From Azolla caroliniana (lineage: Eukaryota; Plantae; Polypodiophyta), in NCBI GenBank assembly GCA_043228905.1, contig JBHGNT010000006.1, positions 3,534,001 through 3,598,000 on the forward strand: DNA of 64,000 bases, given 5' to 3'. The translations under genes were made by a program, and so were the position numbers. How positions within the stretch are numbered: position 1 is the first letter of the stretch; every line of letters begins with the position of its first letter. The notes under the pieces are model-generated. The model had not been told where the DNA came from. It did not search any database and saw only the letters and a list, made by a program, of their open reading frames with translations. This document shows positions 1 through 12,520 of the stretch, piece by piece.

Positions 1-244
1 AAAAATAAGTGTCACAAATCCCGTCTTCTAAACTGTTTCTTCATGCGTTCACACACTTCTATTGGATCTCAGTGACTATATACACATTCAATTGACTAAA
101 TTACTCAAGTACTTTTCTTAGATTTTGATGGTGAGGACATATCCAATATAGGTTTACCACAAATTGAAGAAAAAGAAGGAAAATTCAAAGAGTCATGTTG
201 TCCAAAAATTGCCAATTGTCATTTTTATTGTCTTCAAAGAGAAC

Positions 245-1570
245 TAGAATTAGAATTAGAATTGTTATCGTCCATAAAGAGGCCAATTTTGACCTATGGA
301 ACCAGAGTATATATGTGTTCTTGATATATGTCTCCTTCCTAAGAAGGGGTATTCATATGTTGAAGCACAAAGTCTCTATGTGTTAGTAAAGCATACACAT
401 ATGAGCTCAACCTTCTAGGTGGTGTCTTAAGTATGGCACTTAAGTTATCACTCCCTCTTAGTATGTCAACATATCTTGAATGAATTGCACTATATGTCGA
501 GCATGTGAAGAGCAAGTGACATTCATCCTCTACCATGCCTTCATTGCATACTTTACATGTCTTCAAATTCGTTACATTTTGATACCATGATGCAACTTCA
601 ATACCTAACTTGTGAGATCGAGTGCGAAGTGATGTAAGGGCTCTACGAGCATTACTACTCATATTGGTAATGAGATAAGGCTAGATACGATCAATAGACA
701 TTCTTGCTTTATATTGAGACCAACATTCAGGGTTGACATTTGCAATGTAGTATTCTAGCTTTGTCCTCTTAACATCCTCCCACTTCATCCTTAATGATTC
801 CACCAACCTTTCCTCAATCATTACATACTGCATAGCATTGCCCGAAAGCTCTAAAAGATCATCCACACCCCATCTTCTAAACCATTTCCTTATGTCAACA
901 ACCCAACCAGATGAGAGAATCTTACTTTTATGATTCTTTTGTAGCTTACATCCAACATTCCAAGCAAGATGTGGTAATCAATGATTCGGCATATTCTTGA
1001 CTTTTGTGATGTATTTATATACTCTTTGGAGTGCCAATAGTTCTATGGGTCGAAAACCCGTTTCCAAGAGCATAACCTGGTAAGAGGTGGTGCATTTAAC
1101 TCCTAATTGCCTCCTTAAAAACACCTTCTGAATTTTCTCAATCTCGTTCCATGCATTAAGAGAGATGGTGCCACCCCATACTTCTACTCCATAAAGCAAT
1201 ACTTGAGTTACCATGGCATTGAACAACATTAGTTTTACTTCCCATCCACAAGTATCACTTTGGTTGCATTGGTTCTCCAAAAGGTAATATGATTTCCAAC
1301 CAACTTGGAGTCTAGAATCAAAGCATGCACTCCATTTATTTGTGGCGGGTACATCAATACCAAGATATTTAAAGCTTTGAACAAATTGTATATGTTCACC
1401 TTTATATGTGAGCATAGGGTAATGATGAGGTTGGATGGTTTGCACTACCATCATTTTTGTTTTCTCCACATTCACTGATAGTCCACTACTATGGCAAATT
1501 TCTTCTAATACCCCAAGTAAATGTTGCATACTATCAACATCATATGAGAAAAGTACCACAAAGTAGTGAT
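245..1570 (-). mobile_element. 5'-truncated, decayed RTE-type LINE (family B): RT C-terminus and 3' UTR
   Basis: Minus ORFs 978-1559, 681-866 and 339-662 give VNVEKTKMM, FKYLG, LLYGVEVWG, LRTRSHKLGIE and CKVC..EDECHLLFTC, with stops between them. The 3' end has a hairpin and an (ATTCTA)n-like tail at about 245-300. Confidence 0.8.
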
Positions 1571-1733
1571 AGAAATAAGGAATCTTGTGTTGTTGGCATC
1601 CACATACTCAACACACATTGCGGGTCTTCTATTGTCTTCATCATCTTCGATCTCTTCAATTGGGTGAGTTCTGGTTGTCTCTCTTGTTCATGGAAAATTG
1701 TTTTTATCCCGCATCAAAATCACATAAAGAATA

Positions 1734-2834
1734 ATGGATATAAACATGAATTCCTCCCAAATTGTGGGGGACATGGATATGGAAACAATTGATCCAAAAA
1801 AGAATAATGTGATGGTTGAATGTAATCGTGAAAGGGAAGACATTGGAAGCTCTAAGAGGTTTAAGGGTATTGAGGAAATTAACGAGAAAAAACTGACATA
1901 TGCCAAAGTAATACATGTAGATGAGGTTGACAAGGATCATTGTAATTAAGATAATTTATGGGGAATTTCCAATACCTTGTTGTCTGATATTGCGGAAGAA
2001 AATGAAAATGGAGCGAAAGAATGCATTGATGAAAATGTGCATGAAGTGGAAGTTGATGTTAAGGCAATGTTGCAATCTTTTGATGTATTCTATGATCCTG
2101 TGGTTATATTATTTTTTACTGGGAAACTCCCATACATTAATTGGATTAAACAATGGTTGAACACAATCGAGTCACCCAATTGTGTTGAAAATATATATGC
2201 ATGACCACAAGGGTTTTATGATGTAGTATTTCGTTCACCTGAACATCGAAGTGCATTGTTGGCTAAAGTTCCTGTGTTTTTTGATAAATGATTGATGCAT
2301 GTAATGCAATGGTCCCTCGTAGTGGACTATCATGCTTTGTTAAAACAAGAATGCCATATTTGGGTAACAATGGATTGTAAGCATGCTTTTTTATGGCCAT
2401 TGTTACTAGAGTGTTATTGTTACTAGAGTGTTGGTATCTCAACATGCAAATGCTACAAATAAGTGCAAATTTTGTGTGTTATAGGATTCAAGTCGTAAGA
2501 GGCCAGGATGGGTGCTTATGAACACACCTGGTATGAAAATAGATTGTTTTAAATTGAAGTGGGAGACATTTGCAGGTCATTGTTTTGGATGTGGTGAATG
2601 GGGTCACTTTATTGCGAAATGCCTTTGTCATTATCCTTCAACTATAGATGTTCCTAATGAAGGGAATGGTAAGAAAGGAGTTGGGAGAGATGTTGGTGTT
2701 TCAGATATTGTGGTTGTTATGGATGAAGGAACATCATCTAGAACAGGTTATAAAGAGGTCTCACTTCAAGGTTTGGGCCCTAAGAATAAAGGAACTCAAT
2801 CTATGGATATGGAAAAACAAAGTTGAGTGGTTAT
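1734..2834 (+). mobile_element. Decayed L1 LINE, ORF1 part
   Basis: Broken ORFs 1734-2826 include the zinc knuckle CFGCGEWGHFIAKC and a GFYDVVF RRM-like stretch. They are collinear with the L1 ORF2 found after the copia insertion. Confidence 0.65.
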
Positions 2835-3277
2835 TGTTGACAGATCAAGCTCAACTTAGTTTAGTTATTTAGTCAACCATGTAACTTCGCAGTTACCTAG
2901 ATAGAATCTAGTTAGGAGTGTTGACTATAACGTCTTAAATAAGACCTTGTACTTAAGTGGGATATTCTAGATCTTCCACTCTTAAGTACATTTAATATAG
3001 GACTTACACATTAGTACCTATATTCTACTCACACATGTGCACCTTTGCACATGAGTTGTATATATACCTCATTGTGGGTATTTTTGTATTTGATGATGAT
3101 AACACTAATTTAATATAGAGTTAATCATCCCCCATCTTGTGTTGCTCATAAGTGTACTTCTCTCTCTCTTCCTCTCACACACATACACTCACATATCACT
3201 TAACCTTCCGCTTATCAACTAATCACATAATTAGGTACTAATTAACCCTTGCTTAATTACTTACCTATTTCTTAACA
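2835..3277 (+). repeat. 5' LTR of the copia element
   Basis: tgttga...cttaaca. Direct repeat of 6441-6893, with about 20 substitutions counted by eye plus a (TC)n length difference. Confidence 0.92.
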
Positions 3278-4158
3278 TCATATCAGAGCGTGGGGTTTAG
3301 AAAATCCACTAAGCCCACCCGACTCCGTGATTATGTGTTCGAGACGCCGACGACAAAATCCAGCTATTGGCTACTGTAGTGCCGCTACGTAGCACGTGTA
3401 CGTGATCGAAGGAAGAAAATCAAAACAAGAGAAGACAGTACAATCAACATGAACACACAAATGGGTAGCTTGCTCCCTAGTGAAAAGTTGGACCGGAGCA
3501 ATTATTCATCTTGGCAGTACAAGATGACCCAATACCTCGTCAGCCAATGGTATTGGAGCTACATCAACGACGCTCAAGAAAATTGACCCGACTCAAAGAA
3601 CGCCGACTACGCAACATGGGAGCAAGCGGCTAGTCGAGTCATGTATTGCTTGGCAACATGTGTCCACGACCACATGCTTAGCCATATTCGAGACGCCAAG
3701 ACGCCTAAAGAAGCGTGTGCGAACTTAAAGAAAATGTTCACCGCCAACACAACCGCCCGAAAGCTTCAACTCCGACAAGAGTTGAATAACATTCGACAAA
3801 AAGACATGTCCGTGTCGGACTACACAGCCAAGATCAAGAGCATTTGCGACTCACTTGGCTCCATCAACATAAACGTCAACGAAGACGAGATGGTTCAAGT
3901 ATGCTTGGGCGGCCTTGCACAACAATTCGATCCATTACAGACAATAATATTGGCGAGAGAAAACCCTCCTTCATTCTTCGACCTCCAATCAATGCTATTG
4001 GTCGAAGAGAACCACGTCTAAACCAAAAGCAAGACGTCGGAAGGACAAATGTTCTTCTCGAATTCGGATGGTGGCCGAGGAGGAGGTCACGGCGGTAGAA
4101 GAGGTCAATTCAACCCATCACACGAAGGGAACTCAAACCTTCACGGAAGCCATCAAGG

Positions 4159-4491
4159 TGTCACGGATCATAAGCTCAAGAGACAAGCAAGAAGATAACC
4201 AAATGGACAAGAAAGAAGATAGTATTAAAGGAAAGACTCCATAACTGGTGTTGTTCACCTTGAATTCCTTCAAGGTGAACTCTATTTATACTACATGGCA
4301 TGCATACTTGTTGCACGCATGTGAATCTACAATAGAGCATGTAGGTATACATGCATGTGCCAAGTGTAAATACTACAAGGGAGCAACTATGCACATGATG
4401 CTAGCAAAATAATAAGGACCAATTACATACATAACTATGTACTAGATATCTTGGTTAACTCATAATACTAGATTATAACATGGTCGTGTCA
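4159..4491. mobile_element. Nested insertion in gag, probably a solo LTR
   Basis: AT-rich block interrupting GC-richer gag. Termini tgtcacg...cgtgtca form a near inverted repeat. No clean TSD found. Confidence 0.5.
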
Positions 4492-5549
4492 AGAGTTCGA
4501 ATCTTGACACAAGGAACCTTCGGAAGAAGGGGAAGCTTCCATGCCAAACATGGTCGGCAAATGAGGCCCGCAACTTGCAATTATTGTGGCAAAATCGGCC
4601 ACTACGAGGCGGAGTGTCGGAAAAAGAGAACTGAGTCGGCTTCAACAAGTCAACAACTCACAAACTATGCATCGAACTTTGACTACGACAATAGTAGTGG
4701 AATGTTCACGAATCGCGCATCAAATTCCGACTACAATGATCGTAGTGAAATGTTTACAAATTACGCCACGAATTCCGACTACAGAGACCGTGGCGGAATG
4801 TTCGTAATGAGGCATAGAGTGCACTCTATGACGGCCTCCAACTCCGCAAGCACCTCCAATTCAAAAGATGTGTGGTTCGACGATTCCGGTGCCTCACATT
4901 ACATGACATCCCACAAGGAGTGGTTCAATGACTTGCGTACACCGGATCGACAAGGCTTCATAGAGACGGGAGACGACATCACACACCCCATTCGGCACAT
5001 CGGCAATGTCCCATTCGGGAAAGAAGCCAAGCAAACTTGCATCAAGAATGTCTTGCACGTGCCCACAATAACGAAGGATTTGGTCTCGGTTGGCCAAATC
5101 GTGGAGCAAGGCATTCAAGTCCGCTTGAACAACAAAGGTTGTTTCATTGAGAAAGATGGCTGACTCATAGCTAAGGGGCGGAGAGACTGCCGAATGTTCA
5201 TCCTTGATTCGAACGAGGTGAAATCGACAATGTATGCCAAAGGTCTCAAAACCGAGACAAGCATCAGAGACAACTTCGACTCTGACTCCGTTCAACCCGG
5301 AATCCGCCGAACAAGACGTAGAAGTTGAAGATCGCTTCGAACACAAGTTCGAAGAAAGTCCGATTACGACAAAACCTAGTGGACCACAAAAGTCCCCACG
5401 TGACCCAAGCACGTTGCGGCCAAGTACGAACTTGGACAAAGGCAAAGGTCAGATGCCCGAATACGAAGTCGATCACCCCGATGACCATGATTCGGATGGA
5501 TCGGCTCCCTCACTAGACAGTGACTTTGGTGTACCCATCATGCGTACAC

Positions 5550-6092
5550 TAAAGGCTTTAAGCAGCAGCACAGAGGGGCAAAGCAGCGCTCTAAGAAAGA
5601 TGAACAACCTGCCGCCTTTTTTCATAAGATTGTGACGGTACGGAAGTATGGAGATCTAGAAAGAAATTGGCGGACTAGTAACTAGTCTTGGCCAACAACC
5701 TAGCACGCACACACGCACGCACGCACGATGAAAGCCCTCAACCTACGCGCGCGTCGGAACTACATCCCTTTTGTTTGTTTGTTTGTTTGTTTGTTTGTTT
5801 GCTACGGATGTAGTGCACGTTCTGACTCCACTGGTCACGATCGCTCTCCGCCCGCCGCGGGCCACGCGGTAAGTGGCCTGAGGCAAGCAAAAAGATTTTT
5901 CTGTTTGTGCTGGCGGAAAATGAGCCAGCCGGATCGCCGCCAATCAATCCAAAATCTGGTGCTATGGACGCTCACGCATGAACCAGGAATGCCCTTCATC
6001 TCCAAGTGCCTGCAGACGCGTTACAGGGGCGGGCCTCTAGGAATGCATTCGAACCGTATGAAGGGAAACTTTCACGTACGGCTCAGAGGGGG
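5550..6092 (+). other. Group II intron fragment (organelle-like) inserted in the copia element
   Basis: 34-nt domain V GAACCGTATGAAGG-GAAA-CTTTCACGTACGGCTC at 6051-6084 with GNRA loop and AC bulge, followed by a G-rich start of domain VI. It interrupts the copia peptide GVPIMRT|GVKKVLT. Confidence 0.8.
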
Positions 6093-6440
6093 GGAGTAAA
6101 GAAGGTGCTCACATCAGCAAGCAAAAAACTTCGACGCTCATCTAGAGCTAAGAACCCCGTCACTCGGCACGGCTACAACGAGTACATAGCCCATCACTAT
6201 GCCTTCGCGATGAAGGTAGCGGCCGAACAAGAGCCCAAAAGCTCCACCGAAGCGGCTCGTAACCCACAATGGGTTGAATTAGTCAACCTTCGCCCACACA
6301 CTACAAGCCTTCGTCACCGGCTTGAGGGGGAGGAATCAAGATTGGCACGACGAAGAAAGCTGAAGGCCGAACGAAAGCACACGAAGCCGAGGAAAGCCAA
6401 AGAGGATGTCGGACGCCTCACACTTGAGGTTGAGGGGGCG

Positions 6441-6893
6441 TGTTGAGAGATCAAGCTCAACTTAGTTTAGTTAGTTAGTCAACCATGTAACTTTGTAGTT
6501 ACCTAGATAGAATCTAGTTAGAAGTGTTGACTATAACGCCTTAAATAGGACCTTGTACTTAAGTGGGATACTCTAGATCCTCCACTCCTAAGTACATTTA
6601 ATATAGGACTTACACCTTAGTACCTATATTCCACTCACACATGTGCACCTTTGCACATGAGATGTATATATACCTCATTGTGGGTATTTTTGTATTTGAT
6701 GATGATAATGCTAATTTAATATAGTTACTCATCCCCCATCTTGTGTTGTGCATAAGTGTCTCTCTCTCTCTCTCTCTCTCTCTCTTCCTCTCACACACAT
6801 ACACACACATATCACTTAATCTTCCGCTTATCAACTAATCACATAATTAGGTACTAATTAACCCTTGCTTAATTACTTACCTATTTCTTAACA
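6441..6893 (+). repeat. 3' LTR of the copia element
   Basis: Follows the PPT, tgttga...cttaaca, matches 2835-3277. Confidence 0.92.
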
Positions 6894-9635
6894 TGAAGCA
6901 CGGGGATGAATTGATTGTGGATCCTACTACAATAATTGACATATGTGTTCATTATTTTAAGGAGTTGATTGGCCCACAATTGTTAATGACAAATTATGTG
7001 AGTAGAGCACATCATGAGTTTTATAATGTGGTTGGATGTATTGTGCATGACTTCATTAGTCATGAATTGGATGCGGATTTCACTAAGGATGAGGTGGACA
7101 CGGTTTTAAGGCATCTTCCTAGTGGTAAGGGTCCTGGTTGGGATGGCGTGACAAATGAAGTTTTTAAGCAATATTTGAACATTTTAAAGGGGCCCTTAAC
7201 TTTGATGTTTCAACATTCTTGGGATTCTGGTCGTATGTAACTTGGAAGGTTGGTCTAATTAAATTGGTTCTAAAGGTGGCATCTCCCGAATCATTTCATC
7301 AATGGAGACCTATTTCTTTGATGGGGGGGATTGTATAAGATATTTACAAAGGTTTTGGCAAATAGATTACAAAAGTATTTGCCAAAGTTGATACATCTTG
7401 CCCAATATGGTTTTATTGCAGGGAGGAATATATTGCAAATGTATTGAATGTTCAAATGGTCATGGATTATGCTCGAAACACTCATCAAGAATTAATTATG
7501 GTGCAATTAGATTTGGAGAAAGCTTATTATCATGTTAATTGGTCCTTTATTTCTGGGTTAATGCATACAATGGGTTTTGGACCTCATATGTCTCGCCTCA
7601 TATTTTTATTAGGACAAGTTGCGGTGTCTCGAGTAATGCTTAATGGGGGAGTTGCATCAAATATTGCCCGCACAAGATCCGTTCGTCAAGGATGTTCTCT
7701 TAGCCTATTGTTGTTTGCTATTGTTACTCATCCCTTGTTAGTGATGCTATTAAGGCTTGCAACAAATGGTGACATTGTGGGTCTACACCTTCTGTCTAGA
7801 GGGCACCTAGTAGCACAAGCTTTGGTTGATGATTCTTTCATGTTTCTACAAGCCTCACAACATAATCTTGAGAAGGGGATGCTTTTATGGAACCAATTTG
7901 AATTGACTTACGACTTACATATTAATTGGAGGAAGTCTAGTCTCATATAATGTATTGAAAGGGATTTGGAATGTTTAGGATGGCAAGGATTTGTGGTGAA
8001 GAAAAGCTCTATTTTTCGACACTTGGGCTATCCATTAGAAATGAATGTTACAAATGGTCATTGATTGAATGTATGTCTAGTCAGTTGAGGGATAAGTTCA
8101 TGTATTAGAAGACTAGTCATAATCTTGGCCATTTCATGTACACTTGAAGGTTGTACAATGTAGCATGGAACCCATGATGTTATATTACTTGCCATTGTTG
8201 CCATGGACAAAGAAGGCTTTGCATTATATTTTGCAACCTCTTCGATATTTGTTGTGGAAGAAGAGGGATAAGATGGGAATCACTTGGGTTGCGTGGAATC
8301 ATCTAACAACCCCTAAGTGCTTGGGGGAAGTTGGAATATTGAACTTATCTATGCATGTGATGGCTCGTAGATTTTCCTTATTACAAGACATGTGTTAAAA
8401 CTCACAACCATGGATATCTATTGTTTAATATCTATGTGAACAAGGATTTAACACATGGGAGGAGAACGATTAAGGATTCATGGTGGCAATTATTGAATGG
8501 ATGTATTTCACTTACGATTCCGGGCTCTTCATGTGTTCAACACTTGGTTACCTCATGGCAAGAAGCACTCTTGTTATGTGTATGGAAACCATGATCATCT
8601 AGTAAAGAGCATTACAGTAATTCTTTGCAAAAAGAGTTACTTGTATCTTCTTGATTATTATGTTGGCCAGGTAAGGGGAGATTGCGTTCTCAATTTAATT
8701 GTTTGTTTCATTTGGGGGTCAAAGAGGTGGGAAATATAGTTGAGGCTCCATCTCAAAGAATTTTGGAGTCTGTTGAAACACGACAATTATTACACATCCC
8801 GCCTAACTATGGGTTTATTTGGCAACAACTACAAAATATTGCATTGATACAAGGTTCCTTACCTCTACAAATAGGAGATCAACCATGGATTGATTGGTGT
8901 TTACAGGGTCGAACGTCGTTGTTACAAGTGACTACTAATCTTTTGTATCATTGCTCTGTTGAGTCTCATGGATGGTTATCATCTAAGGCTGAAGAAGAAT
9001 GGAAAATACACAAATATGATCATGGGTGGTGTTAGATCTTTCAACGTAGTTGGCATTCTAAATTGCCACTTGTAGCAAAGGTCTTCATTTGGAGACTATT
9101 GATTGGAGAATTGCCTTTGAGATTAGCTCTAAAGCGTCGTGGACTAGCAACGGGTAAATGCTTCTTTTGCATTGTTCAAATGGAAGATAGTACTCATTGA
9201 TTTATACAATGTCTGATTGTTTGTTAGATTTAGAGTTACATTTCTCTAATTTGGCAAGTTTTATCATGGTGTTACTTGACACCTAGATAGTGGGTGTTTG
9301 CACAATTTACACATGTTGACCCAAAATCAGAGATGGAGATCATTTTTTTATTTCTAAGATATCGAGGATTGCGTCATAATTGGAACATTTGTATTCGATG
9401 GTAGACATGGAGTGAAAGGATATCTACGAAAGTTGAAGGGAGTACTAATGTGGCAATTTTCTTTATTGGGGCAAGTGGAAATTTTTTCCTCAGTGGAGTG
9501 TTCTTCTTGCCTATTAGCAAATCAACATGTTCCACTATCGATGTAGTGTAGTTAGTGGGTAACCATACTCCATTGTCACAGCCATTGTAAGTAGTGTTTT
9601 TTACACACATTTATTAATATAATTCTATGTTTTCA
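6894..9635 (+). mobile_element. Decayed L1 LINE ORF2 (RT and C-terminal zinc finger) and 3' UTR
   Basis: KGPGWDG, WRPISL, QYGFIAGR, LDLEKAY, VRQGCSLS, ALVDDS, VAWNHL..PK and KVFIWR..CFFC, with many stops and frameshifts. Confidence 0.88.
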
Positions 9636-9659
9636 CCCAGAGAGAGAGAGAGAGAGATA

Positions 9660-10566
9660 GATAGATTATATTATCGTCTTTGGAGGTCAAATATGACCTA
9701 TGAGACCAAAAATATTACATTTCACGTGATACGTGTGAAAGTGAGTAGTGACTCTCGATGTTCAAGAACTTTACCAATGAATGTTGCAATCGAGAGTGCG
9801 CATTGTGGTTGTGAGAGGAATTCATGCAAAGATTGGGCTCGATCGAAGAGATGTGGAAAGCATGGTCGAATATGATCAAGGTAGAGCATTGTATCAAAGT
9901 GTGATACTCAGACTCGCGAACTTGTTTAGGGCAAAGTGTGCATAGTCGGCCACTCTCATCACTTGTGCCCCAACGCCCTGTTTCACATCGCAATGCATGT
10001 GAGCTAAGTCGCATGGTAGCAATGGTTTGAATGGCAGATAACAGTATGGGCTCTAACATGTATGGATGTGTACAATTTCCTCGTTCCGCAAAGAATATGG
10101 TTTTGTAGTTAGGTGCAACGTGTAGTATAATGTGTGAAGCGTGAGCCTCCACATTTATCCCATGTCATGATACATTGGCGTTGCAAAAATGCCTCATTTA
10201 CAGAGGAATCTAATGATGCATCATGAAGCAAGTCTCTCGCATCCCATCTACCAAACCATTTTTCTATATCTTGCATCCAATCGGAACACAAAATTTTGCT
10301 TTTATGCGTCTTTTGGATCTTTTTGCTTGCTTCCCACGCAATTCTAGGAAGTCGATGTGAGGGACTTTTTTGAACCTTAAGCATGTATTCAACAACCCTT
10401 TCCATGGCCATGATCTCAATGGGAAGTGATCCCGTCTCAAGGAGAAGGAGGGTGTAGGGCGTTTGTTTCTTAACTTGTAGAAACTTGGTAAGAAAATGCT
10501 TTTGGACATTTTCAAAGTTTTTCCACATAGATTTAGGGATGCTACCGCCCCATACTTCCACCCCAT
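9660..10566 (-). mobile_element. 5'-truncated RTE-type LINE (family A), flanked by (GA)n
   Basis: Minus ORFs give YGVEVWGG, LLLETG, RLPRIAW, MRLSSHALRCETGRW and CTLC..ESEYHTLIQC. The 3' end reads gacgataatataatc plus a (TC)n tail. Confidence 0.88.
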
Positions 10567-10605
10567 AGAGAGAGAGAGAGAGAAAGAAAGAAAGAGAGAG
10601 TCCAA

Positions 10606-10710
10606 ATGGATGTAGCTCAGTTGGTAAGGTTGTCCAATGGAGACCAGGTTGTCATGGGTTCAACCCCTACATTCCACAATGGCATCTACTGAATTAAAAG
10701 AGATATATAT
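10606..10710 (+). mobile_element. tRNA-derived SINE-like element, single copy
   Basis: A-box TAGCTCAGTTGG and B-box GGTTCAACCCC. Same sequence family as the units at 11914-12520. Confidence 0.7.
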
Positions 10711-11046
10711 GAAGTATATAATAGAACCCAAGATATTGGTGCTTGTAATGCTAATTACGATAATAATAATAAAAGAGAGAGTAGATTTTTTTTATAGTCC
10801 TCGAGGAGCCCGATTTTGACTATCCAACTTGCTTTTAGATGTGAGTGGTGGCAACTCAATCTAGTTTGGTTCCACCTTTGAGTGCATCAATCTTTACGAG
10901 ATCATAGCAAAAACCATTTTCTTAATATACTTTAATAATGGGAATTAAGAAAGGGTAGTTGCCCTAAGACTTTCTGAACCATTGATTTCTTGGAATTGGG
11001 AGGAGTTTTGTATTGTTAAGTTGTTTTAATGCATACACTATTTTTT

Positions 11047-11091
<45 letters not shown>

Positions 11092-11240
11092 TATATAGAG
11101 TAACATAGAGGTGGTATTGAGAAGGCAAGCTCAACAAGAAGTCGAATCGTCTATAAGCCGTTATGATGTAGGGTCGTGGGGCTGAATAGGACTGTCTTCC
11201 TAATATAGTTTTAGGAATATTATAGGTCAATCATATGTTA

Positions 11241-11514
11241 GAACCATAATATGTAAAATTCGTGTTCGTCTAGCATAACATTCGTTTTCCTACATTAGAA
11301 AACGAATGCGAATGTTATTCAAACATTCTTGTGTTTTTTTGTTTTGTTTTTTTCCACTTTTTTTAAGGTTTTTTTTTGTTTTTTTCCCTTTTTTTAGGTT
11401 TATTTACCTCATAATAAATAGTTAATCCGAAAGTATGGTATTTACCATTCTTGGATAGTGTTTACCATACTCAAATGATTGAAACATTCACGAATGCGAA
11501 TGCACGTATGGTTC
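11241..11514. mobile_element. MITE-like element
   Basis: Termini gaaccata...tatggttc with an internal aacattcgttttc/gaaaacgaatg palindrome. An inverted homologous copy lies at about 20611-20836. Confidence 0.6.
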
Positions 11515-11913
11515 ATACTATGGTCAGAACCATGAATGAGCTGACTATACTTGTGTCAGCACTTTTGTATAAAGGTGCTTTGTGAGCACATTGTAAATGG
11601 GTCGACAATTTTTTGAAATATAGTTCTCTGTTTTCTATAGTGTCTCTTTCTGTGTGTATTTTGTCTCCATCTCCAACTCTATGATTACTTAATTGTCATA
11701 TTGTTTTGTCCAGTTCAACCGACTATGTCAGTCCTCCAAGCTTCCGCACGTTTCCTTTACTAGTGGGAAATTGGGTTTCAAACCCAAGACCTAGAATTAG
11801 CGATCTAAAATTCATCACTAAAGTAGGCTAATTAGGAAGAAAGAAAGAGAAAAGAGAAAATAAGAGGATTTCATTGTCATCTAGTTTGTTTTTCTATATT
11901 GACGTGTTTTATA

Positions 11914-11932
11914 ATATATAGCGTGGTTTTAT

Positions 11933-11970
<38 letters not shown>

Positions 11971-12094
11971 ATTTCCCAGATGGATGTAGCTCAGTTGGTA
12001 AGGTTGCCCAATGGAGACCAGGTGGTCATGGGTTCAACCCCTACATTCCATAGTGGCATCTAGTGAAATAGAGATATATATATAGCGTGGTTAT

Positions 12095-12140
<46 letters not shown>

Positions 12141-12520
12141 ATTTCCCAGATGGATGTAGCTCAGTTGGTAAGGTTGCCCAATGAAGACCAGGTGGTCATG
12201 GGTTCAATCCCTACATTCCATAGTGGCATCTAGTGAAATAGAGATATATATACAGCGTGGTTTTATTGAGAGAGAAATATATTTCCCAGATGGATGTAGC
12301 TCAGTTGGTAAGGTTGCCCAATGGAGACCAGGTGGTCATGGGTTCAACCCCTACATTCCATAGTGGCATCTAGTGAAATAGAGATATATATACAGCGCGG
12401 TTTTATTGAGAGAGAAATATATTTCCCAGATGGATGTAGCTCAGTTGGTAAGGTTGCCCAATGGAGACCAGGTGGTCATGGGTTCAACCCCTACATTCCA
12501 TAGTGGCATCTAGTGAAATA
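11914..12520 (+). repeat. Four-unit tandem array of tRNA-derived SINE-like units
   Basis: tRNA-like heads start at 11981, 12151, 12291 and 12431. Periods are 170, 140 and 140 bp, differing mainly in (GA)n length. Each unit has A and B boxes. Confidence 0.9.

Larger units (their letters stand above)
2835..6893 (+). mobile_element. Internally deleted, non-autonomous Ty1/copia LTR retrotransposon
   Basis: Two TG...CA LTRs at 2835-3277 and 6441-6893. Degenerate tRNA-iMet PBS tcatatcagagc at 3278 and PPT ttgagggggcg at 6430-6440. Gag (KLQLRQELNNI, CNYCGKIGHYEAEC) and protease (DSGASHYMT, VLHVPTI) are present with stops. The integrase core, RT and RNase H are missing. Confidence 0.9.

Noticed and set aside
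5550-6092. Complete, splicing-competent group II intron
   Set aside because: No GUGYG 5' end at the junction, domain VI is truncated and the triad is altered.
11914-12520. CRISPR array or functional tRNA gene cluster
   Set aside because: The spacers are not unique, there are no cas genes and the context is eukaryotic. The anticodon arm does not pair, so the units are SINE-like.
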